The notes under the pieces were generated by a model. It ran no database searches, was not told the origin of the DNA, and saw only the letters and a list, made by a program, of their open reading frames with translations. A stretch of 64,000 nt of DNA, from the NCBI RefSeq assembly GCF_009914755.1, contig NC_060929.1. One strand, given 5' to 3'. This DNA is from the human T2T-CHM13v2.0 reference genome, Homo sapiens. Position 1 is the first letter of the stretch; every line of letters begins with the position of its first letter. Shown here piece by piece: positions 1-14,405 of this stretch. The translations under genes and the position numbers were made by a program.

Positions 1-896
1 CTATTGATGTCCACAACCTGGGATACCTAGATGTGCTAAAAGAGCAACTATAGCACGACAAGGCTTCCAGCTGGGTGAGCGGGAGGAAAACAAGAAAAGA
101 GCTTTGTGTCCAGGGTACATCCACCCAGCCAGCCTCACATATCACATTTGCTGGGGATCTGGATGGTGGCAGGGCTCTCACAGCTGAGGAGCAGTCCACA
201 GTGCAGGAAGGAATTCTGTTACAACTCACTCCAAAGCTGATAAACAGCCAGACAAAACTGAAGCTGTAGCTGCCCTGTGTGACTGCATCAGCCTGTGGAA
301 GCCATCAAAACAATTCAATAACTCAATGACATAGTCCTAGTTCCAATTCATCTTTCTAGCAGGCATCTGTTTCTATTATATTTGAACTGTGCAGAGGAAA
401 TTGGATAAGGCATGCTAGCACGGGACACTGCAAGCTGCAGCAACCACATGCCCAGCAGCGGGAGCGGGAGGATAGAAGACAGGAGGAGAGAAGCCAGGTA
501 CTGAATCTCAATCAGAAGCAGCTTAAAGGTCAGACTCTGAAATTTCCTTCAGAGCCCATCAAAGCCTACCTGTAATTTCCACAACAAAGTAACCCAAAGC
601 CATTTCTTGGTGACCCCCAGTGTCAGGGTACTCACCCCTCATTCACAGACAGACAGCCCTCAGTGGTAGAGTAACAGCATCAATTCTTCTCCCCATCTGT
701 TTCCACTCACTGGCTCTGCCCAGCCAGCCAAGAGTCAAAGCCTTAGGCATTGGAGCATGGATTCATGGTCAGGTTCCACTCCTTGGTTGAAATTAAGGGT
801 AACTTAAGTTCTATGGGTGGAACTGGCTGGAGGGAAGACAATAATTTGGCAAATGACAAGTGCTCCAAGGGGACCCGTGATACATTCTATCTAGGT

Positions 897-1068
897 CAGG
901 GGTGGGCAAACCATTCCCCATGGGCCAAATGTGGCCACTTCCACTCACTGACCCATCTTCTGTGGCTGCTTTCACATTTCAATAGCAGAGCTGAGTAGCT
1001 GCAACAGGACCGCATGGCTGGCAAATATTTACTCTCTGGCCCCTTCCAGGAAAAGTGGCCAGCTCCTA
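897..1068 (+). mobile_element. hAT-Charlie MITE, MER58A-like
   Basis: Starts CAGGGGTGGGCAAAC, has GGGCCAAATGTGGCC, then GCAGAGCTGAGTAGCTGCAACAG and AAATATTTACTCTCTGGCCC; flanked by TCTAG-type target sites. Confidence 0.7.
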
Positions 1069-3691
1069 CTCTAGAGACCAGACTTCTAAGAAAAAAGTGA
1101 ATCTTCAGGATGCAGATTTTCAGTAGCATACATGGGAGGACTTGAGAAAGAAAGGAACAGGCATGGAGATACTGAAGCCCCCTCTTCACAATGGTGAGTG
1201 ACAGCTCATAGTCTCAGGAGTAATTGGTTGATAGAGGCAGACTCTAAGGCAATGAGATAGAAGGAAGAATATTTTTGATGAAGGGGCAGATGGAGGAACC
1301 TTTCCTAGTGTAGGAGAATCCCTCAGCAGAAGAGAAGCAGCGCCCATACCTGCATGGGGTGGAAAGAAAGGAGCAGGAGCCCCCAACAGCAACTAGGAGA
1401 ACCACAGAGAAGCCAAAGAGAAGCTAAGAACTTGATCTTGTCTTGAATTTCTGTAGCATCTGAGACACTAGAGTTCAGTCCTGCATTAAGCTCAGGGTTT
1501 TCCAAACCAGTCAGTCCACACGGCCTTTCCACCTGGTAGCTGCCATTTCCATCCAGGCCCTGGAATTCATGAGGTTACCCTTTGGAGAATGCTGCATTCA
1601 ACCTACCCACTCCCTTTACAGATTGGACAAACCCCCTTGACACCGTACCTCCGTGTGAACATCACACAGCAATTCACGGAAAGCGGGCACCCATTAGCAG
1701 GATGGGAGAGGCTGGAAACCAGCCCTGGCACATTCAAGATGCCCTCCTATGGGAGGAAGAATTGCAACAGCATTTTGTGCTCTGAATGCCCAGTCTATAG
1801 GAAGATGAACAGAATGTGCACTAAATATTTAGGCATCTGAGCTGTGGTAGCTCATGGCAGGAAGCCACGCTCACCTCCCAGGACCTGATTCTGCCATAAT
1901 ACACTGTCCCAGAACCACTATAGATCACCTCACCACTGGCTGAGGAAGACAAAGACAGGAGCTGAGTGTAGATGGGCAGCAGGCTCATCCTTGTCTCCCT
2001 TCTGCTGGCTGATGCACACCTTGTCCAGCTTGCTTAAGACACATGCTCCAACACCTGTCATTGTCAGGCATTAGATTCGTGGCCATGCCTGCTGTGCCCA
2101 CCAAGCTGCCAGCACCACATGGCTGCTGCTCACTGGTGTGCGGTGTGTGCCCAGCCTGAGGGCCAGGCGAGCTCAGGACACAGACCTCCCAGTGCCAGCA
2201 CATAGGAAGGCCCTGGTAGCTGGCCAGGGAGGCCTAAGCTCACTTCAGTCATCAGACACGAAGTTCCATTCTCTAAGGATATCATCTGGGAGGAGGTGAA
2301 GCCTTTCTGTCTTGAAGGTTGGGTCTACCTCCAGGTGTGAAGGAAGGACATTTCATATACAGGGGAAAGAGGTATTGGCCAAGAAATATGGAGCCCAGAT
2401 TCAAAGGGGGACAGAGACCCCATCTCTTGATGGAAGGAGGGTCAAGGAATTTTAGAAACTTATTTTCCCCAAACTTCTAGAGTTGTTGACACCAGTTGTT
2501 TATTTGTCACATTGCTTATTTATTCACTTACTTATTCTTTAAAAGTTATTTTAAGCATAATTAAAGATATAATTCATCTCAGACTATTATCACGAGATTA
2601 TTGTCTTATTATTACCTTCCACACTCCAAAGCCACCACCCTTGGATGACATAAATATCCAATGACTATTTATCAGAACCATAGGCATTTTTATCTACCTG
2701 TCACCTTGCAGGGTCAACATTTACAAACACGTCGTTATTACAGGAACACAGAATAAGATAATGATCTTATTATCAAGACCACAGATAATAATCGTGGCTC
2801 GTTGAAGCCCTTTGAACCCAACAGCTGTGGGCCCATCTGGAGCTAGTGGCCTTACTTCTCTAGATCAGATTTGCACACTTTGAAAACTGCAGCAGTTAGG
2901 AAGCTGCAGCATCCCACAGGGGGAAGCAGCTCAACAGCCAGAGCTGGGCTGAGAAGCGGGTATCTGGAAGCTTGCTCCTTAATGCCTCCTGAGGAAGCGC
3001 TGGGCACACACCTGGCACAGCCCACATGCACGAGTTAGCACCACCCGCACACATAGTGCTCAGCTGTTCCTTTGGCAGCACTGTTGTTAGCAATGTGTGA
3101 CCGCATTGGGAGGGGGTCTGAGTACCATGGAGGTGACTGAGATGCTCTGTACCTCTGTTACTTAGCACAGTGCAGGACAGGAAGCAGGAAACTCAACAGA
3201 TGTCTATTCAATGATTGATGGGCAGCTGCCAAGCAACTTCCAGAGTAGGGGGTCCCATGATGCAGATCCCTCCTCCCCACCCACTCCATGTCAGCCTTAT
3301 TTCAGGCCTCACAACATCCCACTTGAAATATTAACTGAGCTCTTGGCCTCAGTCATCGTGTTCTCCTGTCACCACTGCACCATCTCAAAGTGGCCCTTCC
3401 TACCCCACTAGGCTTCCCACTGCCCCGCACACAGCCAAAGCCCTGCCCTCACAGCCTGGCCCTCCAGATGTCTGCAGCCTGGGCCCCATCTGTCTTCAGA
3501 CTTCGCTTCCCATAAAGTTTCCTCATCTGGCTTTTGGTTTTGTTTCACAAATAAGCCACACACACATGCACACACAAAGAGGTACATGCACACACAAAGA
3601 GGTACATGCACACATGTGCAAACATCTGTGACCACAGACCCAGATGCCAGCACACACGTGCACACACACTCATGCTTCCAGGTGCAAATAC

Positions 3692-3700
<9 letters not shown>

Positions 3701-3746
<46 letters not shown>
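3701..3746 (+). repeat. (CA)23 microsatellite within a CA-rich block (3555-3747)
   Basis: Direct reading; a 20-bp tandem duplication ACATGCACACACAAAGAGGT lies at 3564-3603. Confidence 0.95.
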
Positions 3747-3748
<2 letters not shown>

Positions 3749-4319
3749 AGCTCCATACTTTAAACCTCTTTCCCCTGTATATGAAATGTCCTTCCTTCAC
3801 ACCTGGAGGTAGACCCAACCTTCAAGACAGAAAGGCTCCACCTCCTCCCAGATGATCTTCTTCCCAAGTTGCAATTGAGTTCTCCCTCCCCATTTCTCTA
3901 TACAGCGGCAACAGACTCACCATCACGATACCATTGCCGTCTTCTCTCAATGCAGGTGCCGTCCATGCTGTGAGTCCCTGGAGAGCAGCAGGGATACTTT
4001 TTACAGCTTTTTCGATGCTCACTTACGGCCCCCAGCAGAGAGCACCTCAGCAGGTGCTCCAAGAACGATGTTGCCTTGGAAAGGTAGCGAGGCCCTGAAA
4101 CACAGAGAATAAGGGCAAAGTCTGGGCTGCTCTCAGAGCCTCAGGGCCCTGCCACCCCAAAGTCCTAGGACAGGGAGCGTGTCCTCTAACTTTTCTCTCT
4201 CCCTGCACTTTATCTCCACCAGGAATTCTCAACCTTTTTTGTTCTAATAGAGCTCTCTTCAACCGCCTGAAAAAGTTCCTAATCCTTTTATAAAATATTG
4301 TCTTAAAATGCACATAATA

Positions 4320-4619
4320 GGCTGGGCACAGTGGCTCCTGCCTGTAATCCCAACACTATGGGAAGCCGAGGCAGGTGGATCACTTGATGTCAGGAATTCG
4401 AGACCAGCCTGGCCAATATGGTGAAACCCCGTCTCTACTAAAAATACAAAAATAAGCCAGGCATGGTGGTGCACGCCTGTAATCCCAGCTACTCAGGAGG
4501 CTGAGGCAAGGAGAATCACTTGAACCAGGGAGGCGGAGGTTGCAGTGAGCGGAGATCATGCCATTGAACTCCAGCCTGGGCAACAGAGTGAGACTCCATC
4601 TCAAAAAAAAAAAAAAAAG
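4320..4619 (+). mobile_element. AluS (Sx/Sq-like), full length
   Basis: GGCTGGGCACAGTGGCTC start, dimer with A-rich linker, poly(A) tail, TSD AAATGCACA(T/A)AATA. Confidence 0.93.
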
Positions 4620-6244
4620 AAATGCACAAAATAAATATTACAAAGGGCCTGAGTGATGCTGAAATCCAGCTCTGCGTTCACACTTGAGTTGGGGGATGGC
4701 AGGTTCCCCAGCACCGTGTGCTCCCAGGTTCCCAGCAAATGTGAGCTCACTCTCCCTGGAGCCCTTGCCCTGGGTCCTGATCACCAGCCCCCTCTGGTTG
4801 ATCTTCCCTCAGGTAGGAAGTAGCCCTGAGGAGGGGGAGCACAGAGGAGTTGTGGGCAGGGGTGCAGAAGGAGAAAATATGTTGAGGACAACAGCATCAG
4901 AGGCCAAAGGCAGACTCTGGCTGCTGGTCTGCACAGACCACCATCTATGGGTTGCAGAATCTGGGTGGACACGTAAGGAGAGGAGGGAAAAGAGAGAGAA
5001 AAAAAAAACTGTCACAGGCAAGCACAAAGAGTAGCTGCCCTCAATTAAGGCTAGTAAAGAATTGTTCCCACTGCACGGGGTTTTCCAACTGCAATCTTTG
5101 GGCTTGTGAAGCATTTTCTCTGCATCTGTTGTTGATGCCATTAAGTAGAATGAGTCACTGTATATATTAAGCACTAAGACCAGCAGCGACATAAGTCTAT
5201 GAATTCAATGATCATGCCAGCTTTAAGTAGAAAAGGAGCTTTTTTTTTTTTATTAAACCAGTGGCAAAGCAGAGGAAATCAAGTAATTTTTACATTATAA
5301 GATTTTTGCTTTTTTTTATACTGTGTCTATTTCCTTTTAATGACAGTTATCAAAAGTCACTTTTGGGAAAAGGCTTTGAAATTGAATAGAAAAATCTCAT
5401 GCATTTACTTTTCCTGTTTTTCTGAAATTCAAATAAGATGTGAGCGACAGGCGCTGAGTGCTCCAGCCCCCATGCTCAGCAATCGCAAGCTTTCTTCAGA
5501 CCTCTCTTTGCAAGCTCGGGAGGAGACCAGAGAGGTTCCTTAGGAGGATCCCTGGCTGGAATCTAGGCCAGGAAGCCAACAGCAAAATGTGTTTGGGGTG
5601 AGCATCTGTGTTTGGGGCCTTCTGGCATGGTAACACTCTGACCTGGGGTGTTCGACATCACTTGTGCTCTCAGCACAGCTTCCAGAACAAGCCAATGGCC
5701 CCAACAAAGGACAAAGGGTCCAGAACCATGTGACCAGAAAAGGAAGACAGCCAGGTGTATTTGACAGCTCCCAGAATGACCTGGCCAGACACTCAGAAGG
5801 CCACGGAAGCTTCGCTCAGGCATGCTGCCAGTGTGTGTTTATGTCCCAAACCCTCACACAGCATTTGCTACCTGACTGGCCTTTGGCAAAGGGCTTTAGA
5901 GATGTTCCCCCAAGTCCCACATGGCACAGAGGGCAGGTGCGCATGCTGTGACAATTTCACAGGTGAGGAAAGGGAGGCCCAGGGAGCTTACAGAGCTCAT
6001 GAGAGGTGCAGCCAGGATGTGAGCCCAGCCAGCTGGCCCCACAGCCTGTGCCCATGTGTGACAGGTGCCCCTCTGCCCCTTTCGTGGGGTCACATTGCCT
6101 AGTTGCATCAGAAACTTAACCCAACCTTACAGCTTGGTGTGTGGGTGGGCAGTGGAGGGTGGTGCAGGCGGCATCTCCTTACCTCTGATGCAGCATCCAC
6201 CAGAAAAGCTGCAGAGAGTGTGGAAGGCAGAACAGTACTTCCAA

Positions 6245-7010
<766 letters not shown>

Positions 7011-7349
7011 GGATCAGTCAGTATTCAAGCCAGGTGGTGTTAAGCATTGTGTCCCTGGGATGAGTCATCATTCATAATCATTGATGAAAGTTTTAAATGT
7101 TAAGTATAACTTGGAATGATTCTACTGTATTGTTAATAACTTACAGTTATCATGAATCACTAGGCCAAAATATGCTATTGTTAGGAGAAAAAATTTCACC
7201 TCTACCACTTGGGTCCCATGCTTGGGGGCCTGCAAATTAACTGAAGATAGATTAACAGGAGAAAAGGCAAGGTTTATTTACATGTGCACGTGGGAGTTGC
7301 TCAGCCATAAGTAACTTGCAGAATAATGTGAAGGTTTATATGAGGGGAC

Positions 7350-7710
7350 AGTGCATGTCCTTGCACCTTCACTTTGGACTTGACCACATGATTTGTTCCA
7401 AGCAATGGGATGCACATAAAGTGACAGTGTGCCAGATACAAGCAGAGGCTTTAAAAGGCATCATTTGCTTCTGCTGTCCTTCCTGACTTCTACCTTGCAC
7501 CCTGAGGAAAGCATGCCCCAGGGTGTAACTTCTCTGCCAGCCTGGGTCCTGGGTGAGAAGAAGGGTGGCCCAAAGGAGTCCAGCCAAGAGGAGCAGCTTA
7601 GAAGCTGCAGCCAGCCTCAGACCCCAGAGTGAGAAACAAACATTTGCAGTTGCAAGCTACAGAGATGTCTGGACTACCTGTTACTGCGGCAGAAGCTAAC
7701 TACCACAAGA
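7350..7710 (+). mobile_element. Old MaLR LTR (MLT1I/J-like)
   Basis: CTTGACCACATGATTTGTTCCAAGCAATGGGATG and 3' AACAAACATTTG...TGTTACTGCGGCAGAAGCTAACTACCACA. Confidence 0.55.
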
Positions 7711-8480
7711 ACACGTAGATTTTTGGCCTAAGCAACAGTGAGGATGATGGTGCAACTTGCTAATTTGAGTTGCAGCAAGTGGGGTGGGAAGGGGGAAATT
7801 AAGATTTCATTTTAGAATACACTTAGCAAATAGCAACACCTCCCATGCTATGAAGGATAAGATACAAGACACAACTTTCATACTCCTTGCATTTGGAGAA
7901 TAATACAATTATTTGTATTTGGAATTTAATATCCCAAATAAACATTCATATCCTTTACACTCAACCTGTTCATTGTCAAACATTTTGTTCCCTGAAATTG
8001 CTTAATTCACATTTATTCAAAAAGAAAGTGCATTTGGAGTTAAAACTAGTTTTACCCAAGAGGGTCTAAAGAGCTTAAAAATAGAAATGGGATTATGCCA
8101 GGATGAAACCCATTAACAACTCAGCTGAGTGAGGTCAGTGGGGGAGTGAGCCTAGGAGCTCCAAGTAGGGAAGAGAGCCCCCATCATCATACCCGGATCA
8201 TCAGGAGAAATGACATCCACATGGATGGCACACTCTAAAGACAGCCAAGGGAAACTTTGCCAAAAAAGCAGAAGATTTTTTTTTCTTTTTCATCAAGATA
8301 ATGCCACTTTAACCAAGAAAAGGAACAGATTTTGTTTGAAAACCCTAACTGGATATTTGGTTATTAATAATGTTATATCATATTAATACTTTTATATCAT
8401 TTTCATTCACCATCTACCATATTTCCCATGTAATGATATAATCTTCATAACTAGAATTTTAATGGCTGCCCAATGAATAG

Positions 8481-8810
<330 letters not shown>

Positions 8811-8946
8811 GTGTATTTTTAATTTATCTTATTTTGTAACTTAGCTTTTTCTACCAAAAAATAGGCATTCATGAAAAGTTGTTAAATATACATTAAGTGA
8901 GGAAAGCAAGACATGCTGGATAATATCCTTTGCATTATGTCATTAG

Positions 8947-9076
8947 CCCATTTATATGCTGGAGGTTGCAAATTTTTTTGTGAAAAATCAGACCACAGCG
9001 ATGACCTTGAGCAGTAGGATACAAATAACTCCCACAAGCTTAGCATTCCAATAATGGAACACTAGCCATAAATGGG
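8947..9076 (-). mobile_element. MER85, non-autonomous piggyBac (PGBD3-derived) MITE
   Basis: TIRs CCCATTTA...TAAATGGG; TTAG (mutated TTAA) on the left and TTAA on the right; internal GATGACCTTGAGCAGTAGGAT and ATTCCAATAATGGAAC match the MER85 consensus. Confidence 0.9.
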
Positions 9077-10642
9077 TTAAGATTACAGACAATACATTTT
9101 GTGTATGAATATACTTATATTCATTCTGGACAGATTAATGTTAAATTATAAGCGAGGTGAGTCTATAGAAATTATTATTTTAGTTACTAATTTCTACATC
9201 ATTTATTTATGATGAGCATGTAGTTATTCTGTAATTTAAAAACAACAAAAACAAGATATTTACCAATAAGTAATAGAAGAAATGATTCATTCCAGAAAGG
9301 CTTGAGGAAAAGATCTTGACGCTAAAGTACTGTAGCTAAAACATATTGAAATAGGGCTGGAAGAGAGTGGCATCATTAGCGAGGCTTTCAGTCCACACAC
9401 AATGAAGAACCCAGCCCCAGCTTACATCTTCCAGTCCGGCAGAGCTCCTGACAGCTTAACACATACTTCAGAATGTTTATTATACTTTAATATGGATACT
9501 GTATTCATATTTTATGTTCTTCTATTGTTTCTAAGTATAGCCTGGATAAACAAGTCACAGAGTAGACACATAAAAGCACACAGCTAAATTCACATTTTCT
9601 CTTAATGTTAGAAACCACAGATGCATTAAAAAGGATCATTAGGGACAGAGGTGCACTTTGATGTTTTGATCTAACCCGTTTTCACATTCAAAGGATGCTT
9701 CGAGTGTTATTCAGAAGTACATAATTGTGCTGAGAGCAAAAAGCACTTAGTGTCAGCTGAACACTCGCTCAAAGGCTCAGTTGGCAATACACGAGGATGT
9801 GTTGGAGGATGCATTGACTTGGGCCCTTCTGAGCTCCGTGGAGAGCTGGTGGGAGACAGCTACGGGGCGCCGGCACTGGTGAGGTCCAGACGGGTGCCTC
9901 CTGCGTTCTGCGCCAGGCATGGCGAGGGGCATCTCCTTGCCACCTCCTCTTTGTTTGCCTCCACCTCTTGCCCCTCCCCACCACCCCATTTCCATTCCTT
10001 CACAGGAAAAGCTAGAGGCACAGAGATGTGTTTAGTCCTGTGGTGGATGAACTCATCTCAGAACGCCAGCTGCACCATCTTCACGCAAGGGTTTACAATT
10101 CTATCCACTTTCACAGTGCCTTTGGTATTTGAGCTTGGATGAAACCAAAAGGTCACCAAAAGCTTCAGGAGGAACTGCTGAATTTCACTGATGGCTGAGT
10201 CAAAAATCTCCAAATTTAGCCCGGCTGATCTCCCTCTCCAAATGCTGATTCACGAGGCTTCGATGCTTGATGCTTCCAACACGGCTGGCTAGCAGGGGAA
10301 GTTTGAACACAGTCTGAAACCTTGCAAGCTTCTGCCTCATTTCAAGGCCTGAGTATATCCGAGTTTCCCCTGAATAATTAAATGGAGTGCTCAGACTGGC
10401 ATGGGGCCGTGGCTCTATTTATTCTGATGGAATCTCCAAGACCAGGTCACATTCAAGATAGCGCACTGTCAGTGTGTGCCTGCCAGGCCGCCTAGCCCTG
10501 AGGCTCTGCAGTTTTCTTTTAGCTTTACAGTCTCTCATAGATTGAGGCAGTTTTGTGAATCGCTGCTTAAAAAAGAAATCCCGTTTAAGGTTGATTCAAA
10601 AAATGGATCTTCTATTTGGTGCCTTAACACTTGAAGTCAATA

Positions 10643-10720
10643 CAGGTTGAGCATCCCTAATCCAAAAATTTGAAATCCAAAATGTTCTCAAATCAGAACC
10701 TTTTTGAGTGGGGACGTGAT
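10643..10720 (+). mobile_element. Tigger4 (Zombi)-type DNA transposon end fragment
   Basis: TA|CAGGTTGAGCATCCCTAATCCAAAAATTTGAAATCCAAAATG terminal sequence. Confidence 0.75.
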
Positions 10721-11864
10721 GTCTACAGAGCTCATGACACAGGTGTCTTTGGAAGCCCTGCCATGACTGTCAGCCCCACCACAGTCATCAGGGGCTCTCT
10801 CAGTGAAACATGGATGCTGGAGCCACACCCAGGGGCCGTCGCCTTGGGTGTTTGCAGGCAGCAGAAGCCAGCAGCCAGGGGAGAGTCACTGCACTGGGGC
10901 ACGGGGTCTGTGGTGACGTCACCACTCCTAGCCATCAGTACTTTGTGGGTTTGGGCCCTGTAGGGTCCACTTCTGGGTTCCAGGAGGTGGGCAGGTCCAC
11001 CAAGAAAGCAGGGAATGGATGTTGGCACCACAGTTTGCAACCTCGTTGGAAATAAAAAGCTCCAAAGAATCAATTAGAGAAAAACTCAGCATAAAATGAA
11101 TGCTAAAAGTTGGAATTAAGAGAATTAGCAAGTGAGACAAGACAAAAAACAGGAGGTTGATTACGCAACAAGAACCAGCTCTGTGAAGATCTTGGCCTCA
11201 TTCAATAACAGAAAGAAAAACTACGGCACGGGGAAGCCACTTGGTTTTCCCAGAATCCAACAATGACTGGGCTTCTGGGCCAACCCCAGAACACAAAGCT
11301 CCTGACTCAGGCGCCCTGTGACCCACTCAACGTGAAAGGGAACCCTCCGGCTGTTGTCTGGATAATTGCTTTTTCAAAAACGCCCACTGGATAAATCCAG
11401 ATAATTAAGCCCCCCAAAAAGTGTGCTTTTCTTCGTGAATTATCGACATAATTGCCTTAGTTTTCACTTGGTTTTGCATATGCACTATAGCCTCACCTCT
11501 CCTTTGCATGGTCAGCATGAAGCAAGTTGATAATCTGCATTCCACACATATTGAGCTACTATCATATGTATGAGGCAGCATGATTGGTGTGATGAGGAAT
11601 TGTAAACAAAAGTCCTAAGTAATAAGCACAGGCAAGTGGCCTGCCTTCAGAAGCTCACAGTCTGCTCCACACATATTCTTAGGAGAAGGAAACTCATAAG
11701 ATAAAGCAAGGCGGGATGACTAGAGAAAGGCAGGGTGGACGAAGGAGGGAGACAGGAGGAGGGACATGATGCAGAGACGGCTTTGTTGGGAGGGCCCTGG
11801 AGGGTTTCGGCTGAAGGGAGAGGAGTAGAGCATGGGCAGCTATCCAAGAGTGACATGCTGCCCA

Positions 11865-12010
11865 GTTTCAAACCTGGGCTGTAGCACTTGCAAGCTGGGT
11901 GACTCAGTCACTTCACCTCTCTAGGTCTCAGTTTCCCATCTGTAAAATATTTTCTTTGTTAGGTTATTTTGAGGACTCAATGAGCTGCTATCTGCAAATC
12001 ATTTCCAAGG
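11865..12010 (+). mobile_element. MIR
   Basis: Core GCTGGGTGACTCAGTCACTTCACCTCTCTAGGTCTCAGTTTCCCATCTGTAAAAT. Confidence 0.75.
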
Positions 12011-13231
12011 TGCCACCAGTGTGGAAAGTACCCATGTGATTGTGAATGACCAACCTCAGGTCTTGGAGGGGTGGAAATGGCAGTCATTCTGAACTTTGAG
12101 CAGGGTGTGCCCATTCACCACTGCCTCCACTACCTGTCACTTATCTGCAGAATAGAGGGAAGCCAGGGGGATAAGCAGCCACACGTTCCCAGGAGTGGCA
12201 TCAGTCAGCCCTGACCTAGCACTGGGGCCTGGGAATATCATAAAATCACAAATAAGAAAGATGTGACAAGGGAAAAATTAACAGGCCATCACGACTGACC
12301 TGGTACCCAAGGAGTGAGGTGGCAGACACAGATGACCTTCCACTAGGAACGGGGGAAGAGCAGCAGAGAACAGAGGAGGAGGGAGGCACCTCCACTCTGC
12401 TGAGCCAAGGTCTTGCGTGGACCTCTGGGAGGAAACCCACTAGCCTGTTGGAGAAGGGAGAGCAGATGTGGTTTCAGGAGGTGGCAAGATAGAGCTATAT
12501 GGAAGATGGATGCTCCAAGGAAAAGATTTTAGGAAGGGTGGTGGGCTAAGGCGTGGAGAACCAGGGAAAAGAGGTTCTGTCAAGCTGCAGAGGACACTGG
12601 TTCTTGGGGACAACAGATATGGCAACTGGAAGAAGCCCAGCACTCTCCATAGAGCCCACATCTCCAGCATATTCATCACTCCATGTGAAATATGGAAACA
12701 CGACAGAACTCCAGATGACGGCCTGTACTGGGGAGGAGTCCGAAATCCCATGCTCCAAAAGTGGCGCAAGACACAGGTCATGACGGTGAATCTGTGGGTA
12801 CACAGGAGGGGATCAGCCAGGGCTGGCTGGCCTTGCAGGCATCTTGGAATATCTCTCATGCCTTCTTTTTTGACCAGTTACTCAATCTGCAAATCCACAA
12901 GCAGGACCATGGCTCTTTGTAGCCCTATGGGTGCTTGGCATGCATGTTAAATGGACCAGTTATAGCCAAGATGACACTTCTGAAGGGTGGGGCTGCCCCA
13001 GCTATGTGAAGCCCCTAGAGATGAAGAATAAAGAGGGCTGGCTGCACACAGAGAAGAAAAACACCACCCAGGAACCTCAGTTACTTTGCCCTTCTGCCTT
13101 CTGAACGGAAGCCGCCAGTTCTGCCAGGCAACATGCTGTTTCCCCTGAGTCTTTTTTTTTCACTTCAGAAACTATGGGAGATACATGTAAACACTCTAAA
13201 TGTATAGGCTCATTTTCCAGTAAGTACAAAA

Positions 13232-13352
13232 GTGGATGGGTGGGTGGATGGATGGATGGATGGATCGGTTAATGGAAGAAAGGAAGGGTGAGAGGAGGGA
13301 AGGAAGGAGGAAAGGAAGGAGGGAGGGAGAGAAGGAGGGAGGAGGAAAGGGA
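13232..13352 (+). repeat. (TGGA)n followed by a GGAA/GGGA-rich purine tract
   Basis: Direct reading. Confidence 0.85.
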
Positions 13353-14405
13353 AAGATATGCTGTATAGTAAACTTTCCAATCTAATTGAACCCAAAACTT
13401 ACAATAACTTCAGTTTCCCAACTGTGAAATTAAACTGCTTCTTTCTATAGGCTTTATCTTTGCCTTATAAAATTTGGTTTAGATAAATTAGACAAAACTT
13501 CTGATCTTCTACCACCAAATCCCTACAGGAAGCCCCTGGAAACTTCCTTTACACTACCACGTTGTCTACTGCATTTTTCCCAGTTGAACTCAAGAAGAGC
13601 AGGGCTTGATTGTGGCCGGTGTCCAGATTCACGCCTCATCGTTTCTCCCACCGATGTCCCCACCAGTCAGTGACACCATCATTGTCCTTGGGTCCCAGTC
13701 CAAACATCTCAAAGCCATGTTTTACCTCTGTGCCCTTCACTCCACCCACTCCATGTTCAATAGCGATGGAGCAGGCTTGGGCGCGTACATCTCTGAAATG
13801 ACATAAACGATGTAAAAGAGCTTTTTGAAAAAGCAATTGTAAGAACGAACGTCTCCTCTTCCCCTCCATTTCCATTGGAGTTTATACAACTGAATGGGCT
13901 AAAGTTTTCTGCAAAATCCCTCCTCCAGGTTCCCTCTCCTCATTCCTCAGGGCCCCCCAAGGGAAGGGCAATTATTGCTTTAGTACCTGCTTGCAAAATG
14001 ATTTTCCAAGGATGGATTTCAAGTTCAGCTTCTCAAGCTTGCAAATGTGGCATCTCAAGGAGACCCACCAACCCGCCTGCCCCCATCTGCCCACCTGCCG
14101 AGGCTTGCTCAGTGCCAGCCCTCTCTGCTGCGGCAGCTCCAGCCTCCGCATCCTCCAGTGTCCAGCACAAGCACAGTTTCCCCACCTGGACCCCATTGCT
14201 GGCCTTCCCATGCTGATTTGGAGTGACATCAAGACACTCACACAGTGGCCAAGGAGAAGTTGAAGGGAGGTTTCTGAATGCATCTTTCCTCCCAAACATG
14301 CTGAGCAGTTCTGCAGGGCAGAACCAGGTCACTGCACATCCCCGTGTGTCTTTATTACGATTGCTTATAAAATGAATAAACGGTCTCCCATCCGAGTACT
14401 AACCA

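Larger units (their letters stand above)
1..4050 (-). ncRNA. LINC02145: Probable 5' part (first exon and intron 1) of the neighbouring lncRNA LINC02145/FLJ33360
   Basis: Mainly recalled locus context (the lncRNA starts about 35 kb downstream of MED10 on the same strand), not proven from sequence. Supporting: two strong minus-strand donors, ATG|GTGAGT (intron starts 3920) and GCC|GTAAGT (intron starts 4026). Boundaries approximate. Confidence 0.3.

Noticed and set aside
3408-3855. VC/HT-repeat ORFs (also 31222-31543)
   Set aside because: Translations of (CA)n microsatellites.
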